Part shown: positions 49,387 through 61,824 of the stretch, in pieces
Position numbering within the stretch: position 1 is the stretch's first letter
How the letters are laid out: each line of letters begins with the position of its first letter
DNA from: Gonapodya sp. JEL0774
Lineage: Eukaryota
DNA length: 64,000 nucleotides
Assembly (NCBI GenBank): GCA_027604505.1
Contig: JADIIX010000020.1
Coordinates: 62,001-126,000 of the forward strand
Direction of reading: 5' to 3'
Program-made: the position numbers and the translations under genes
Notes under the pieces: model-generated
Seen by the model: the letters and a program-made list of their open reading frames with translations, nothing else
What the model was told of the DNA's origin: nothing
Database searches by the model: none

Positions 49387-49452
49387 GGACGGGTGGACGG
49401 GTGGACGGGTGGACGGGTGGACGGGTGGACGGGTGGACGGGTGGATGGGTGG
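49387..49452 (+). repeat. Tandem (GGGTGGAC)n minisatellite, about 7-8 units
   Basis: Six perfect GGGTGGAC units from 49391 plus imperfect flanking units, just 3' of RRP7. Confidence 0.9.
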
Positions 49453-49773
49453 TCGGGCGAATGTACCGCACCGAGCTGGATGCCGGAGAAGGGAAGCGAA
49501 GAGTGCAATTGGGTGGTTTAGATTGGCAAATTCAATAATGTGGCACTGAATGTGTAGATAAAAGTGTCTGTGTGGATGGTTGTGGTTGTGACTTGGTAGA
49601 CGTATACATACACTACTGTGTGCAAATTATTTCGGTGGGTGGGTTGGTGGGTGGGCGAAGTAGGAGGTGCCAGGCACTGGGGAATCCCCGAATGGAACAC
49701 TTGGAACATGGGGTCTTCTTCACCTGTTGCATCACCAACCCACAAACCCCCAACCACCAAAAGCATCGGGCCC

Positions 49774-51996
49774 ATGGTAAGCGGAAACGCACAACTCCGA
49801 TCCACTGCGGATGGAGACCGCGGCCATTTTGCATTGTTTCTGTCCTGTTTCCTGTTTCCACTGCGTCACCTGCTCCAATCAATCGTCCCACCCGTTCCCG
49901 TTCTGTCTCCATCCCCGCCCTCCCATCCCTCCCGCTTCACCTCCACCCATCCCCCTCCCCCACTCCCCAGGTCAAACGCGTCCTTGTCATCGGTACGTCC
50001 CCTTCCCCCAACCTTACCCCCCTCCCAACATCACCTCACCTCATCCCCCCCCCCCCCCCTTCCTCCTCGTTAGGCGGCTGCGGCTTCGTTGGCACACATA
50101 TATGCACCTTGCTCCGTGACCGAGGGTACCGTGCCGTGGCCTTTGACGTGCGGAGAACGTTCGAGGACGTGGGCGGGAGGGACGAGGCAGGGTGGGAAGT
50201 TGTGCTGGGGAGTGTGATGGTGGAGGAGGTGGGTTGGAGGACGTGAAGAGGTGTGCGGGGGATGGGGGTGGGGTTGGGGGTGCGCGGAATGGGGATGGGG
50301 AGACGGTGACGTTCGCTGACCAGTTTTCCCGTTTGTTGTCAACCTCTGAACAACTCTGTGCTCCCCACTTTTCGGTGCTAGGATCTCGTCGCAGCCATGA
50401 AAGATGTCGAGTTCGTCATCCACACGGTCGCCGGACACCCTTTTGTCGAGGAATGGTGGGTGGCCCGGTCGGGCCGGTCCGGTCCTTGCGACGCGTGCTG
50501 ACCGATTCGTTATCGGCCCCCCTCCCCTTGTCCACTCCACTCCCATACTCCTCTGCCCCCTGCCCCATTCCAATCCCACACGGGAGTCGGCAGGAAGCAT
50601 CACGAGGACATGGCACTCACGGGGACCAGAATCGTCCTCGGAGCGTGTCGGAAAGCTGGAGTCAAGGTATGTATATATTTACAGGACCAGACCCACCCGT
50701 GCGGCTCACTCCACCGTTCTCACTCCATCATACCCATCCCAACACACACGCCTTACCCGGCCGACCCCCCTCCACCAGCGCCTCGTCCTGTGCTCGTCCG
50801 CGTCCATACCGTACAAGTACCAGGACCTTCATTTCGGAGACGAGACGTTGCCGCCGGGGAATATGGAGGACGTGTATATGCGGGCAAAGGGGATGCAGGA
50901 GCAGGTGAGGGTCGGGTCGGGTCGGGTCTGCGCGGAACTGCAGTTGGCTGGTTTCGGCGAGAGCCACTCGCACGACAATCTGATCCGTTTTCGGGCTCCT
51001 GTTTTGTTTTCTTCTCTCTCTCTCTCTCTTTTTTTTTTTTTTTTTTGGTTCATCAATGCGATGCGTTGTGCCGCGTGCTCGTGTGTATACATACGTACAT
51101 TGTGGACTTCTGTACGCTACGCGGTATGGGACCCCCCAGATGGTCATCGACGCCAACTCTCCGGACCTCATGACGTGCTCGGTCCGCCCGCACCAGATAT
51201 GGGGACCAGGGGACAGGGTGTTCATGCCCACGGTACTGGAGGCGGCACATAGTGGGAAGCTGGCGGTGTTTATCGGGTGAGTGAGTCTGTGGAATGCTTG
51301 AAAGCGGGGGGGGCGGGGGGGGCGGCGGGGGTTGTATTCGTGTGGTGTCGGTTGGTTGCCCCAACTCACGTCGTGATGGTTTAGGGACGGATGTAACCTT
51401 GTGGATTATACCTACGTGAAGAACATCGCACATGCGCTTATTATGGCTGGGGAGGCGTTACAACCTGGGTCGCCAGTGTGCGGAAGCGTGAGTTTCGGGG
51501 TGCTGGGGGTTTCTCTGTACCTCCACCGCACAAACGAGTCAAATCCTCCCCCATGCTTGAACCCAACTCTATCGACTTCTTCTATCGTGCGCCGTCCCAT
51601 CTTTCCCGTTCTACCTACCATACCCACCACCAGCGCTACGTGACCACGGACGATTCCCCGATCCACATGTGGACCTTCCAAGCCATCTTCCTCAGCCGCC
51701 TCGGCTACCGCATCCCCACCCGCGCCCTCCCTCTCGCCCTCATATACTCCATCGCCGTGGCCCTGAGCACCGTCCTGCGCTTCGTCAACTCGGTGTTGGG
51801 GACCAACCTCCAGGTGGCGACCTTCACGCCGCAAAAGATGGCACTGGTGGGGACGTATAGGTATTACAGCTTAGACAAGGCAAAGAGGGATTTCGGGTAC
51901 AAGCCGTTGTATACCATGAAGGCGGGCATAGAGGAGACGGTGGAGGCGTTGTGGGGGATGAGGAATGGGGGGGAATATTGGGTGAAGAAGGCATGA
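49774..51996 (+). CDS. ERG26: 3-beta-hydroxysteroid dehydrogenase/C4-decarboxylase-like (ERG26/NSDHL family)
   Basis: ATG-only first coding exon (intron 49777-49970), RVLVI|GGCGFVG, VIHT, GTRIVLGACRKAGVK, LVLCSSAS, YMRAK (YxxxK), VRPHQIWGPGD, DYTYVKNIAHA, KAKRDFGYKP. Orthology versus paralogy not established. Confidence 0.65.
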
Positions 51997-52262
51997 TGTT
52001 TTTGAGTACATGGATTGGTAGGATTAAATAAATTTCTTTATCAAACCTAAGCTCATTGTCAGAAAAGGAAATGAGTTTCTTAACCTGTACATGTACAGGC
52101 GAGCATGAAGCACTGGCCTACCCGGCCGCCTCCGCGTCGGCTCTTTCCATTTTTCTGGTCATCAACCGTTTCTCAAGCACCCAGCCTGTTTTCATTCCTT
52201 TCCCTCCACCATCTCTCCTCCACTACGTCGCCTTCCACTGTCTCATTCTCACCAGTTCGTTC

Positions 52263-55200
52263 ATGCCTCGCTCGCCCTCCCCATATTCCCGCCACGGATA
52301 CCGCCCACCCCCCCGCCGCCACTCTCGCTCACGCTCTCGAACGCCACCTCGCCGCCGCAGTCCTGTACGCTATCGCCGATCGCGATCCCGGTCTCGGTCT
52401 CGCTCCCGCTCTCGTGTGCGATACCGATCGAGGAGCCCTCCCACGTACAAAGACTTTGACAGACGGGATTATAGAGATCGTAGGGACGGTAGAGAGTATT
52501 GGGACACTAGGTACCGTGAAAGGGGTTATCACGGGAGGGATGATGGCCACCCGCGAGGGCGGGATGGGAGGAGGCCGGAGCCCCCACCACCACCGAGACT
52601 CCCAGCGTGGGACAGCACACTTAAAGGTAGCGGCGGACATTCCAGACACGATTCTAGGGCATCGTCGAGTGCGTCTTTTTCGGAGAGGAGGGGGAGCGCG
52701 AGTGGGAGTGCGCATGGGGAGAGTGGGAGGGTTTCGGTCGGATCGACGATAGGGAACAAGGCAAAGACCGTACCAATGCAAGTCGGACAGGATCAACGAG
52801 TTCCCTCGGAGGGTGAGAGTGGTAGGTATGCGCATTCGGAGACCCAGCAGGCCGGATCTTCTGCACTCGTGTCGCAAAAACGAAATGCTGCAGCGCAGCC
52901 GAACGAGGCGAGCACAGCATCCCGGCAGGTTTCTCCCGCGACAGGGACACCAAGGGCCATGGAAATGCACGCGGAGATCCAAGACAATCGGTATTTTGAC
53001 GAAGCCGCGTATCAGCAGGCAGGCTCCTCCAAAGTATCGCAGGAAGTGACCCGAAATGGGCCCTCGGAAGATTTAATGGACACGAGTCTGGAACCGGATG
53101 ATGTGCAAACGACGGTTGTGCTGGCTAATACGGCAAATGGGGGGGATGGAGGCTTCAACATCGTCCGCAAGAATCGAGACGGGTTTCAATTCACGGTGAG
53201 TCTCCCTCCGTCTCAAGAAAGCTCGGTGGCGTCCGACCCGGAACCTGTTGTGATGGACAACCTTGAATGTGTGAACGGCGTTGTGAACGATGTAAATGCT
53301 GGCACAGGACAACTTCCAGCGCAGCTGCCAACCAGCACACTTGAGTCGCTGGGGGACACTTCAACAGACACTGTCGTCGAGCTACCTGCTCTCTTTGGGA
53401 ATTCACGAGCCATGCCTTCCCGGAACGTGTCCGGGGCAAGGTCTGCGGAACAACTCCCGAGCGTGGTCGTCACTGACCCTCCTGATATGGGCCATGAGAT
53501 CACAGGAGCACCTCAGGGCACACCGTTGCTAGCGGGCTCCATCCCTTCCCATCGTATCTCCGCCCCTACCCCTGTCTCCAACACTGTCTCGAGCTCCACA
53601 AGCGATCCAGACGCCCTGGACGGCCCCAATTTCGGGCTCGCTGACCCATACACGTACTTTAACCTGAAACGGATTGACAGGAGATCCAACGTCCCTCCGA
53701 GTCCGAGTCGCTCGAAACCTTATGTTAGGGAAACGAAGCAATCTGTTGGGTTCCCTATGAATCGTCTGATTGATCCGAGCCCTGGTACCGTTTTCGATCA
53801 ACCCGTAAATTCCAAGGGCTTTCCCCGGTTTTTTATTACGTCCGTGGGATCGGTCGACAAATTTACTGGAAGATTAGTGCACTTCACTCAGGACAAAAAA
53901 AGTGACGGACAGTCAGCTTATGTACAACCACAAGGATCATGTGACGAGGACTTAAATCGGGACATGGAGATGGTTTCATCGACAAATTCTGCGATCGACG
54001 TTCAGCCGACTCTGAATTATGTTTCTAACCTCGAGCCGGCACCCTCCCCGCCCTGCAATCTCCAGGAAGGACCCAATCGTTTATTGCCCAGGGTGCTGGG
54101 ACAACCACACACGCAAGTCCAGCAAAGTAAGCCTGTGCCGCCACAGCCTCATCCTCGGTTACAAGCTCCTGCCAACGCACCAGCTCCCACCCCACAGCAC
54201 GATGCACAATCTGGAAGCCGCCTGTTTGCTTCCGCTTCTCTTGCCCCCGCTGCTCTCGCCCCTGTTGCAAAGGCGCCCGAGCCGCCGAAAGGTCGCCTTG
54301 GTGTCGGGGGGATCCCGCCGCTCTGGATGGGACAGGTTCCTCCCGAAGTCTTGACCGAACAAATCTGGTCGGAACTGTTCGAAGCATGCGACGTGGTGCT
54401 GGTCCAGACGCTCAATCCCAAAAGTTTCGAGTCTGGGCCATCCTGTGACAAGCTCCTCTTCAATGTTACCGCGCCAGCCGTAGACTTGCGTAGGATAAGT
54501 GATGAAACCCTTGAGCTCCGCGCGTACATTTACAGCTACGCAACCAACAAGATCATGGAATGGAAACATCTCGACAACAAGCCTGGAGAAAATCGGGGAG
54601 CTGGAATGTTAAAGAACAGGGCTAGTCTACTCATTGGTCCCAGTCGATACAATATCGATCTCTTGCAACCCCGCCTGAGGCAACCGTTTGCTATCATCAC
54701 ACCCGATTTAAAGAAGGCGATCAGAAATAATTCACGCCTCAACAGCACAAGCGTCCCGATAGAGCTTGATATCCGAACGGATATTGACAAGCTCAACTAC
54801 GGAGCTGTGGCTCTTGTCTGGGTCAAGAAGAAGCAACTCGATGAATTGGTTGTCGATACGTACAAGAGAGTCATCAATGGCATGGAAGTCTCAGGCGAGT
54901 CGCTTCGCAAGGCCATGTCAAAATTGGTCGCCACGGCGGAGTTGCAGAGGACTTTGTTACATTTGGCTGGAATTTCGGATGCTCGAGAAGAAATAAAGTC
55001 GGGGCAGGCGGATGAGATGGAGGAGATTGCATCTACTAGCAGTACCGTGAAGTTTGTCGATCCTCTCTCTCTGACGAAGCTCGTGCACCCCTTCCGAATT
55101 CGAGGATGCTCGCACCCCACTGCCTTCGATCTCCGATTCTACTTGGAACTCTGCATGAATGCGGGTATGCGCATGCCGTGTCCTCTTTGCAGCACCATTT

Positions 55201-55792
55201 GCCCAAAGGACTTGAACGTGAGAAGCATTTTGACGCGTTTGAGAATCTCATCTTTGTTATGGCCACCGTCGTCTAACCAGGATGATGGGAATGGAGCTAT
55301 GCTAAGATTTCAATTTGAATTTCGCAGGACCTCCGCTGCCATGTACGCTTACTTCGTTTTATGCATGAAAATCCAAACGCTATGGCATGCACTGTGAATC
55401 CAGACGGGACCATGACCACCATTGAGGAGGATACGACGGTGGTTGATGTGGACGACGACGATGACGACGACATGGGCTCGGTACCTCCGAAAACACTTCC
55501 AACGGCGGTCCCGATTCTGCAGACTTCGGCTCAACCTTCCGTTCATGTTGGACCTACCCTTGCGTCCGCGGCTGGGAGCGGGCAGCCCCGTGCCAAACTG
55601 TTGCGGGGTCGAGGTAGAGGATCAGTTCGCGGAGGGCCGTTGCAAAGTGTTGGGCTAAGAAATGGACAACGTTCTGTTGGCGGGACACCACCGAATGGAG
55701 GACGCGGGCAAAATAGTGTTGTAAATGTGAGGCAAACGAGTAGTGCACAGAAAAATGACGACGATGTGATCGTAGTTAGTGACAGTGATTAA
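52263..55792 (+). CDS. SP-RING (Siz/PIAS-like) SUMO E3 ligase candidate with N-terminal RS domain and acidic SIMs
   Basis: VKFVDPLSLTKLVHPFRIRGCSHPTAFDL..MPCPLC keeps the C-x-H/C-xx-C zinc ligands. SIM-like VVDVDDDDDDD and C-terminal DDVIVVSDSD. N-terminal RSRSRS repeats. Confidence 0.75.
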
Positions 55793-56937
55793 ACAGTTTC
55801 GTGTTGTTGGAGGAAAACTGGGTACGACCCTTGCACTCGTAACCAGCCTGTGCTTGGCTGTGTAAACCCTGTGCCAACTGCTGCGTTCTCCCGCAGGTTG
55901 CACGTGATGTCAAAGAGGTTCGTGATAACATCTCAGATACAACGCTTTCTTGGTTGACGGATCCCCTCATTTCAATCCATCCTTCTTGCTGCCCCGGTGG
56001 TCTCCCGCAAAACACCAACACATCCCCACTCCCTCACTGAAACGACATGTCTTCACCTTAATTATTTCTCACATTTGACTGCGCTGGACCCCCTATCTCC
56101 ATTCACTTCTCTCTGGATCTTCTACGCCTGCGGGACAACAGCGCCACCCAGACCCTGTCTCTAACTCCTGACAATCTCCGGAAGCTTCAGGACCAGTACT
56201 CAAAAGTTTCACCGATATCGACGGAGCAACGAATTATTCGATGGCTCCAGTCTATACCTGTTGGCGACGCGGTCAACGGGTCCCCGGCTGACCCTTCCAA
56301 ATCCCACAACGACACTGGCCAGGAGCACCAGGACCAAACGGGAATGCGGAGTTCTAACAACTCACTGGGGAACCAAGGAGGGGAAGATGGAAATGCTGGA
56401 ATAGGGGTTAGGAAAGATGCCGACGCACGGAAGACTGCGAAGAGTGCACAGGCTGGTGGAAAAATGGTTTCGCCAGCGACTGGTTCCCGACGGGTTTCGG
56501 AGGTAGACAAGGGCAAGGATCGAGGACGTTTGTGCTGCTATTTGAAAGTGGAGGTGTCGGGAAACACACAAATGCTGCCAATTCACGAGGTTCGTTGACG
56601 ACACGATAGAATCCCTTGAATATTCTGGTCTTATCTTAACCATTCTCGAACAATCAGTTCGATGTGCCCAAAGAGCTCGCGATGAGTTTTTGCAAAGCTA
56701 ACAACATCCTTGGATCGGTGGACTCCTTGACTGAGCACATCGTAACAGCAATTAACAATTACAGGAAGTCGTGAGAGGGAAAATCTTGATGGGGTCGATT
56801 CCACTACACGCTTTCCTCGCATTCTTTGGACTCTTCCGCACTGTCACTTAGCAGCGACTGCTCAACACTTTGGGGTAGTTATTCTTGTGGGGGGCATACC
56901 CATGTACAGAAATAGGATGTCTAGAGTTCTCAACCTT

Positions 56938-57876
56938 CTAAAGTTGCGCGACCTTGTCGACAAGGAATCCGTCTTCGGTGAATTTGCTGTATGCAGGTCT
57001 CTCTAGTGATCTTTGAGCGACCTCACAATCCAACTAGGACCATGACGTGTTAAGGCCCGTTGAAGCAGAAACATTTTTCGAATTGTGGTGCTGACTTACT
57101 TTTATGTCTGCGATCAGTGCATCTGGAAGGGGGTACAATTGATTATTGGATAATGGGTAAGCACGTTCCTTGGACAACAAGAAATCTTTTCACCAACTCA
57201 CCCAACGAAGAATATTCGTACTCTGGGCGGACGAAACCCAGTACTACTATCCGAATTTCCTCACCATAGAAGTCTGATTCGAAAACATTCAGAATGTGTA
57301 CTTCCTGTACCACATTGCGCATCCGGGTCAGGCTGACAAAAGCAATCACATAAAAAACTTCCGCCGCACTTACAGCTGTCTTTTTCGTGTTCTTGTAAGT
57401 GGGATTCCAACCGTAACTGTTACATTGTCCATAGTGAGACACTCGAACATGTGACGACTACAATTGCACATCGCACAGTACCTCATAACCATTGGCCAAA
57501 CTGCGGTACTGCGTCCAACACTCGCCCACCCGTAGTGAACACCTATTTGTAGCCTGTTGGGATTGGTGATGAGACCGACGTCAACCTTTCGAAGAGCGTT
57601 CCGATTATCCGGGTTCCTCGTCATCCTCCTGCTCACACTGTCGCTTCATTATTGGATACATCGTCACTGAAGATTTCGAACAACGCATCAGATGTCAATC
57701 GTAACCCTTCCGGCCGGCAAATCTCGGAAGCCTCACGGAAGGTTTGCGGTAGGAAAGCCCAACTCCCGACTTCCCCGCTTGAAACCATGGGTCACGGCAC
57801 CTCGTAGACGTACAGGATAAGGTGGTTCCGGAGAGGAAGGGCCAACGATGGGTGGTCGTGTTGAGGGGGGCTTCAT
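56938..57876 (-). CDS. FMN1: Riboflavin kinase
   Basis: [68 protein letters not shown]. Confidence 0.92.
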
Positions 57877-57968
57877 TTTTAGAGAGCAATGCGATCGTGA
57901 TTGGATTTATGTGTCAGTACTGGGGTCCCTGCAACTGGACACACCGCCAAGCAGACATAAAACTCGAA

Positions 57969-59998
57969 ATGATCGCAAACTTCCAGGAAACCTTGACGTG
58001 CCTGATCAACGATGAAAGCCGAATCGTGAGCTAGCTTGAAGCGTTTTAGGCCTGGACGACTCCGGAGTTCAAATTACATCGCTGTTTCAAACCGTGTTGG
58101 AACATTGTGGGACTTGATTCAGGTCTCTTACCAACTTCTCAGCAAAATCTTGGATGTTGACTTCAATACATCAAAGCGGTGTGTTTATCTTTGCGTCTTG
58201 GAGAGAGAACTGACGCTCAGACAGCTGTCACTTTCAAGGATGCTTGGGTCGTTCGCAACACAAACACAAATGAAACGGGAGGATTTCCACGTTACTTACT
58301 GCGTCTCGGGACTTCTCAAAGGTGGTGAAGGCATTGGTGTGTTTCTCGCATCGCAGGAGAGTTTGGATGGTACGTGAGACCTCTAATTTGCTCATGCATT
58401 CACCGATGCATACCAACTTCCGCCTCATCCAAGATGTGAAGGGCAAGTTTACAGTTTGTACAAGCCATGTGTATAGTATCGCGCCAGTGCGGCCTAGAGT
58501 GAGTCAGCTTCACTTCCGAGAGACCAAGTTGGGGTGTCCAACAGAGAAGGTTCCCAGGACGTGGAGGTTCTCGCCGATAGAGAAACGACCGCTGCGATTA
58601 CGCACCTTGCGAACAAGTGAGCATGTCATACTTTCAAGCGATCAGGGCTCTCGATTCACTTTTCCGCTTGTGCTCTTGCATCAGGTATTCTGGTATCACA
58701 AATGACCGAATCGCGTTTGTTGAGAGACAGCGGCGGCCTACAAGCGCCGCGTCAATCAAGCCTCAGCAGGTTCGTTTATCTGAGACCTGCTACAACCGGT
58801 TTTGAAAGAGCATGCGTGCAGAAATCCGAACCGTCTAAGCCAATGGACACCAAGAAGCCGGAACCCTCGAAAAGCGGAGAGGCTAAGGCGAGCATCAAAG
58901 CCGTAGTCTTTGCTATAAGAACTTTGGCGCTACACTACTTGGCCATTTGGGTTTTATAGTCCAAAGGGATTCAATCCATGTTTGCTAAAGCTGAATCAAC
59001 GGCATCGAAGCCGCCTCTCTCGAAACCTGAACCGAAAAAGTCAAACGCTACTTCATCGAAAGTGAATGGCTCGAGTAAGGTGAAAGGAGCAGTAAAGAAA
59101 GGAACGAGTGGGAAAGCAATTGCTGATCCGGAACCGGAAGACGAAGTTGTGAGTTGTACCACGTCGTTTGTTGGAAGTGCGGTTCTCGCAACTCACCCAA
59201 GCCATGGGGCGCCAGCAACGTGGGCGCAAAACAAAAGGATCCGGCAAAAGGAAGATTGAAGACTCAGATTCAGGTACTGACGTTGAAAATTTCTCCCTGC
59301 TCGATGATGCTAAGATAGCAACTGTAAATCCTGCCGATCACGAAGACGCAGAATCCAATGAGAGTGAGGAAGACATGCAACGCCGGGAGTCGCACCTCGA
59401 AGTGGACGATACACCCATGGTTGAAGCAGAGTTAGAGTCAGCTGCTGTGACAGAAAGCACGCAAGCAGAGGATGCTGAATTGACGGTGGATAAAACAATA
59501 GCTGGTATGAGATAAGATGTCGTGGTGTGTGGCCTCTTGTGTTTGTCTCAATCGTGTGTTCAGCTGCTTTCCAAGATACTCCGAAGAACGTACCCAAAGG
59601 CCGCCGACGGTACAAAAAAATTGTATCGAAAACATATCGCGACGAGAAAGGATACATTGGTGAGCAATTCTGTTGTTCTCTGCCCGAAGGGAGTCCATGA
59701 CAGTTTTCGTCCAATTGTACTAATAGTGACGAAGGACGAGGAGGTCATCGTCTCTGAGTCAGAGAATGAATCGCAAGCAACTAATCGCCCTATCAAGGCT
59801 GCCACGAAGGTCGCTCCCCCAGTCAAGCCTGTTGCACCTAAAGTCACCACTGCAAACCCCGATGCGGAGTCCGAAACCTCCAAAAAGAGCTCTGGGAAAG
59901 GGAAAGGTAGCGGGGGAGGTAGTGCAGTACCAAAAAAGGATGACAAAGGTGCTAGCAGTGGTCAGAAGAGTCTTCTCAGTTTCTTCGTCAAGAAATGA
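57969..59998 (+). CDS. POLD3: DNA polymerase delta subunit 3 (Cdc27/Pol32)
   Basis: Spliced RI|VSYQLLSKILDVDFNTSK|RML, HVTYCVSG, SHVYSI, YSGI, and a C-terminal PIP box GQKSLLSFFVKK. Confidence 0.85.
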
Positions 59999-60069
59999 TA
60001 TGTGTGGTTCTATATAGTTCACATGCTCGGGTGGTGACATTACACAAAAGGTACAAAAAAATTCTGCAC

Positions 60070-60606
60070 TCTATCTATCAGTGGATCCAAAAAAGTGCTT
60101 TCGCATGTCGGTCAAGAGAAATGAGAGCTGATCAGCGGTTGTGTTCTGGGTTCACCATCACTTAGATGCAGTTTCTCGAGATAATTACACAGGACTGCCC
60201 TTACTTTCGTCTGCAATTCACTGCGAACGTCAACATCCAGTAAATCGAAGCGCTCAAGAGGCGGTAGGTGGCTCATAATGGGGCCCTTAAGAGACAACGG
60301 TGCCTGCAACGATTCGACATTCAGTTGCGAAGATCCACGGAACATGAAGCAAAAGTAAACTTAGTGAATCACCAGTTTCTGTATTTCGCCGTTCAACAGT
60401 CGGTCGATGAGTTTCAGTTCCCTCTGATTACGATCCAGAAACTCTCGAACAGCAGTATCGTCCGTCAGACGTGCATTGGCTCGAAAGTCTTCACGCACAC
60501 GATCCAAAAAGTGCGTGCGAAAGGATTGGGAACGCTTTGCTTCGGAAGGCCATCGCCGGCGCAGTCGAAGGAAGGACCGGTAAAGCTGCAAGGCAGGTTT
60601 CGTCAT
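60070..60606 (-). CDS. Small mitochondrial LYR-motif protein, Cbp6/UQCC2-like; 3' end approximate
   Basis: LQLYRSFLRLRRRWP..DRVREDFRAN resembles LYRM/UQCC2 N-termini. Confidence 0.55.
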
Positions 60607-60690
60607 TTGCTATTGTGGGGAATGTTTAGGAGTGATGTAATTTCCAACGACTCAAAAGTATTGCAACTATGAACACGATACGCATGAAAA

Positions 60691-61723
60691 TCAAGAGTAA
60701 CTAGTGTTTAAAAAATGAAGTAAGTCCCCCCTATTTCTGTCCCGAACTTTGTCGTCGCGAGTTTTGTTGACCTAAGCAAAACAAAAATTCTCGGCTGTCG
60801 AGATCACACATCGCGTATGTGTCAACGGAGGGATGATGCGCACCTTCATCTTTATTTTCTTCCCTGTGATGGAGCTTCGTACGATTTCGTATTCGTTATC
60901 GGAGGTGCTCTCGTCTGATGAATGAGAATGACGTTTCGATTTTTTTCTTTTATTTTTCTGGTGGACGAGAATTTGAACAACCACCGTTGGATATCCAAAA
61001 CCCCAACCCCAAAAACGGGTAGCACTTAAATCAATTGGAAAGGACGTAGACCACTTCGAGAACAGACAACTCACATCTCTCTTCTTTCTATCTTCGTCTT
61101 TATTACTTTTTCTCTTTGACTTGTTCGATTTCCGATCTGCCATGTCGATTTGAGACATCCCAGCTAAACCAAAACCTTGACTGACCGAACCACACCTTTC
61201 CGGTCGTCCACGCTCGAGCTCTCAGATTCACTGGTAGATGAGCGGTGTTCACTTTCGGCCGGCGGAGACCGGGATCGCGACCTTCTCTTCCGTTTCTTCT
61301 TCGTGTCATCTTCTTGAAATTGGCATACCACATTCAAAAGCGCCTCGCATGGGGCGTTTCCATGGAGAATCAACGGAACGGGTGAACATTCCGGGCATAG
61401 AACCCGTTGAAATCCGATATGGGGAAACGAGGAGTGTGAGCGGTAGGATCGAACGCAGTACCACTGCGAACTTGTCCAGGGCTCGAGGACACACCTTTTC
61501 TGTCTTTGCGCTTCGATTCCACATCAGAGCTACGCCTGCGCTTCTCGTGAGGAGAGCGGGAGCGAGGTCGCGTTTCGCTTCTTCGGGTCCCCGAACTTTT
61601 GGTATCCCCTTTGGTCTCCGAGATTCGGTCCTGGCTCTTCGAGCTTAAGCGCTCTTCGCCAATTCTTCCCTTGACGCGCCCTTCCTCATATCTCTCACTG
61701 TCATCTCGAGGTTCCGAGCCCAT
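60691..61723 (-). CDS. Lys/Arg/Ser-rich hypothetical protein with a conserved-looking C-terminal motif
   Basis: Charged low-complexity exons ending in spliced RSSITGKKIKMK|VNKTRDDKVRDRNRGDLLHFLNTSYS*. Confidence 0.55.
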
Positions 61724-61824
61724 GGGGAGTGACTGTTGATTCTGTGTTTCTGAAGGATCGAGATCCAACACAGGACACACATTTTACAGTGCTGTCAATA
61801 AAATCATTTTACTGTCATCCCCAA

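Noticed and set aside
43350..49520. Many long overlapping ORFs in several frames (Pro- or Gly-rich)
   Set aside because: Expected from stop-poor C/G homopolymer-rich sequence; only the GT32-like and RRP7 frames carry family motifs.
56060..56600. Open plus-strand frame (..LTPDNLRKLQ..RIIRWLQSIP..)
   Set aside because: May be a small gene, but no clear start, exon structure or family motif could be supported.
29653..59998. Apparent genome-maintenance cluster (RAP1, MSH6, AlkB, Siz-like, POLD3)
   Set aside because: Interspersed with unrelated housekeeping genes; no evidence for co-regulation or conserved synteny from the sequence alone.
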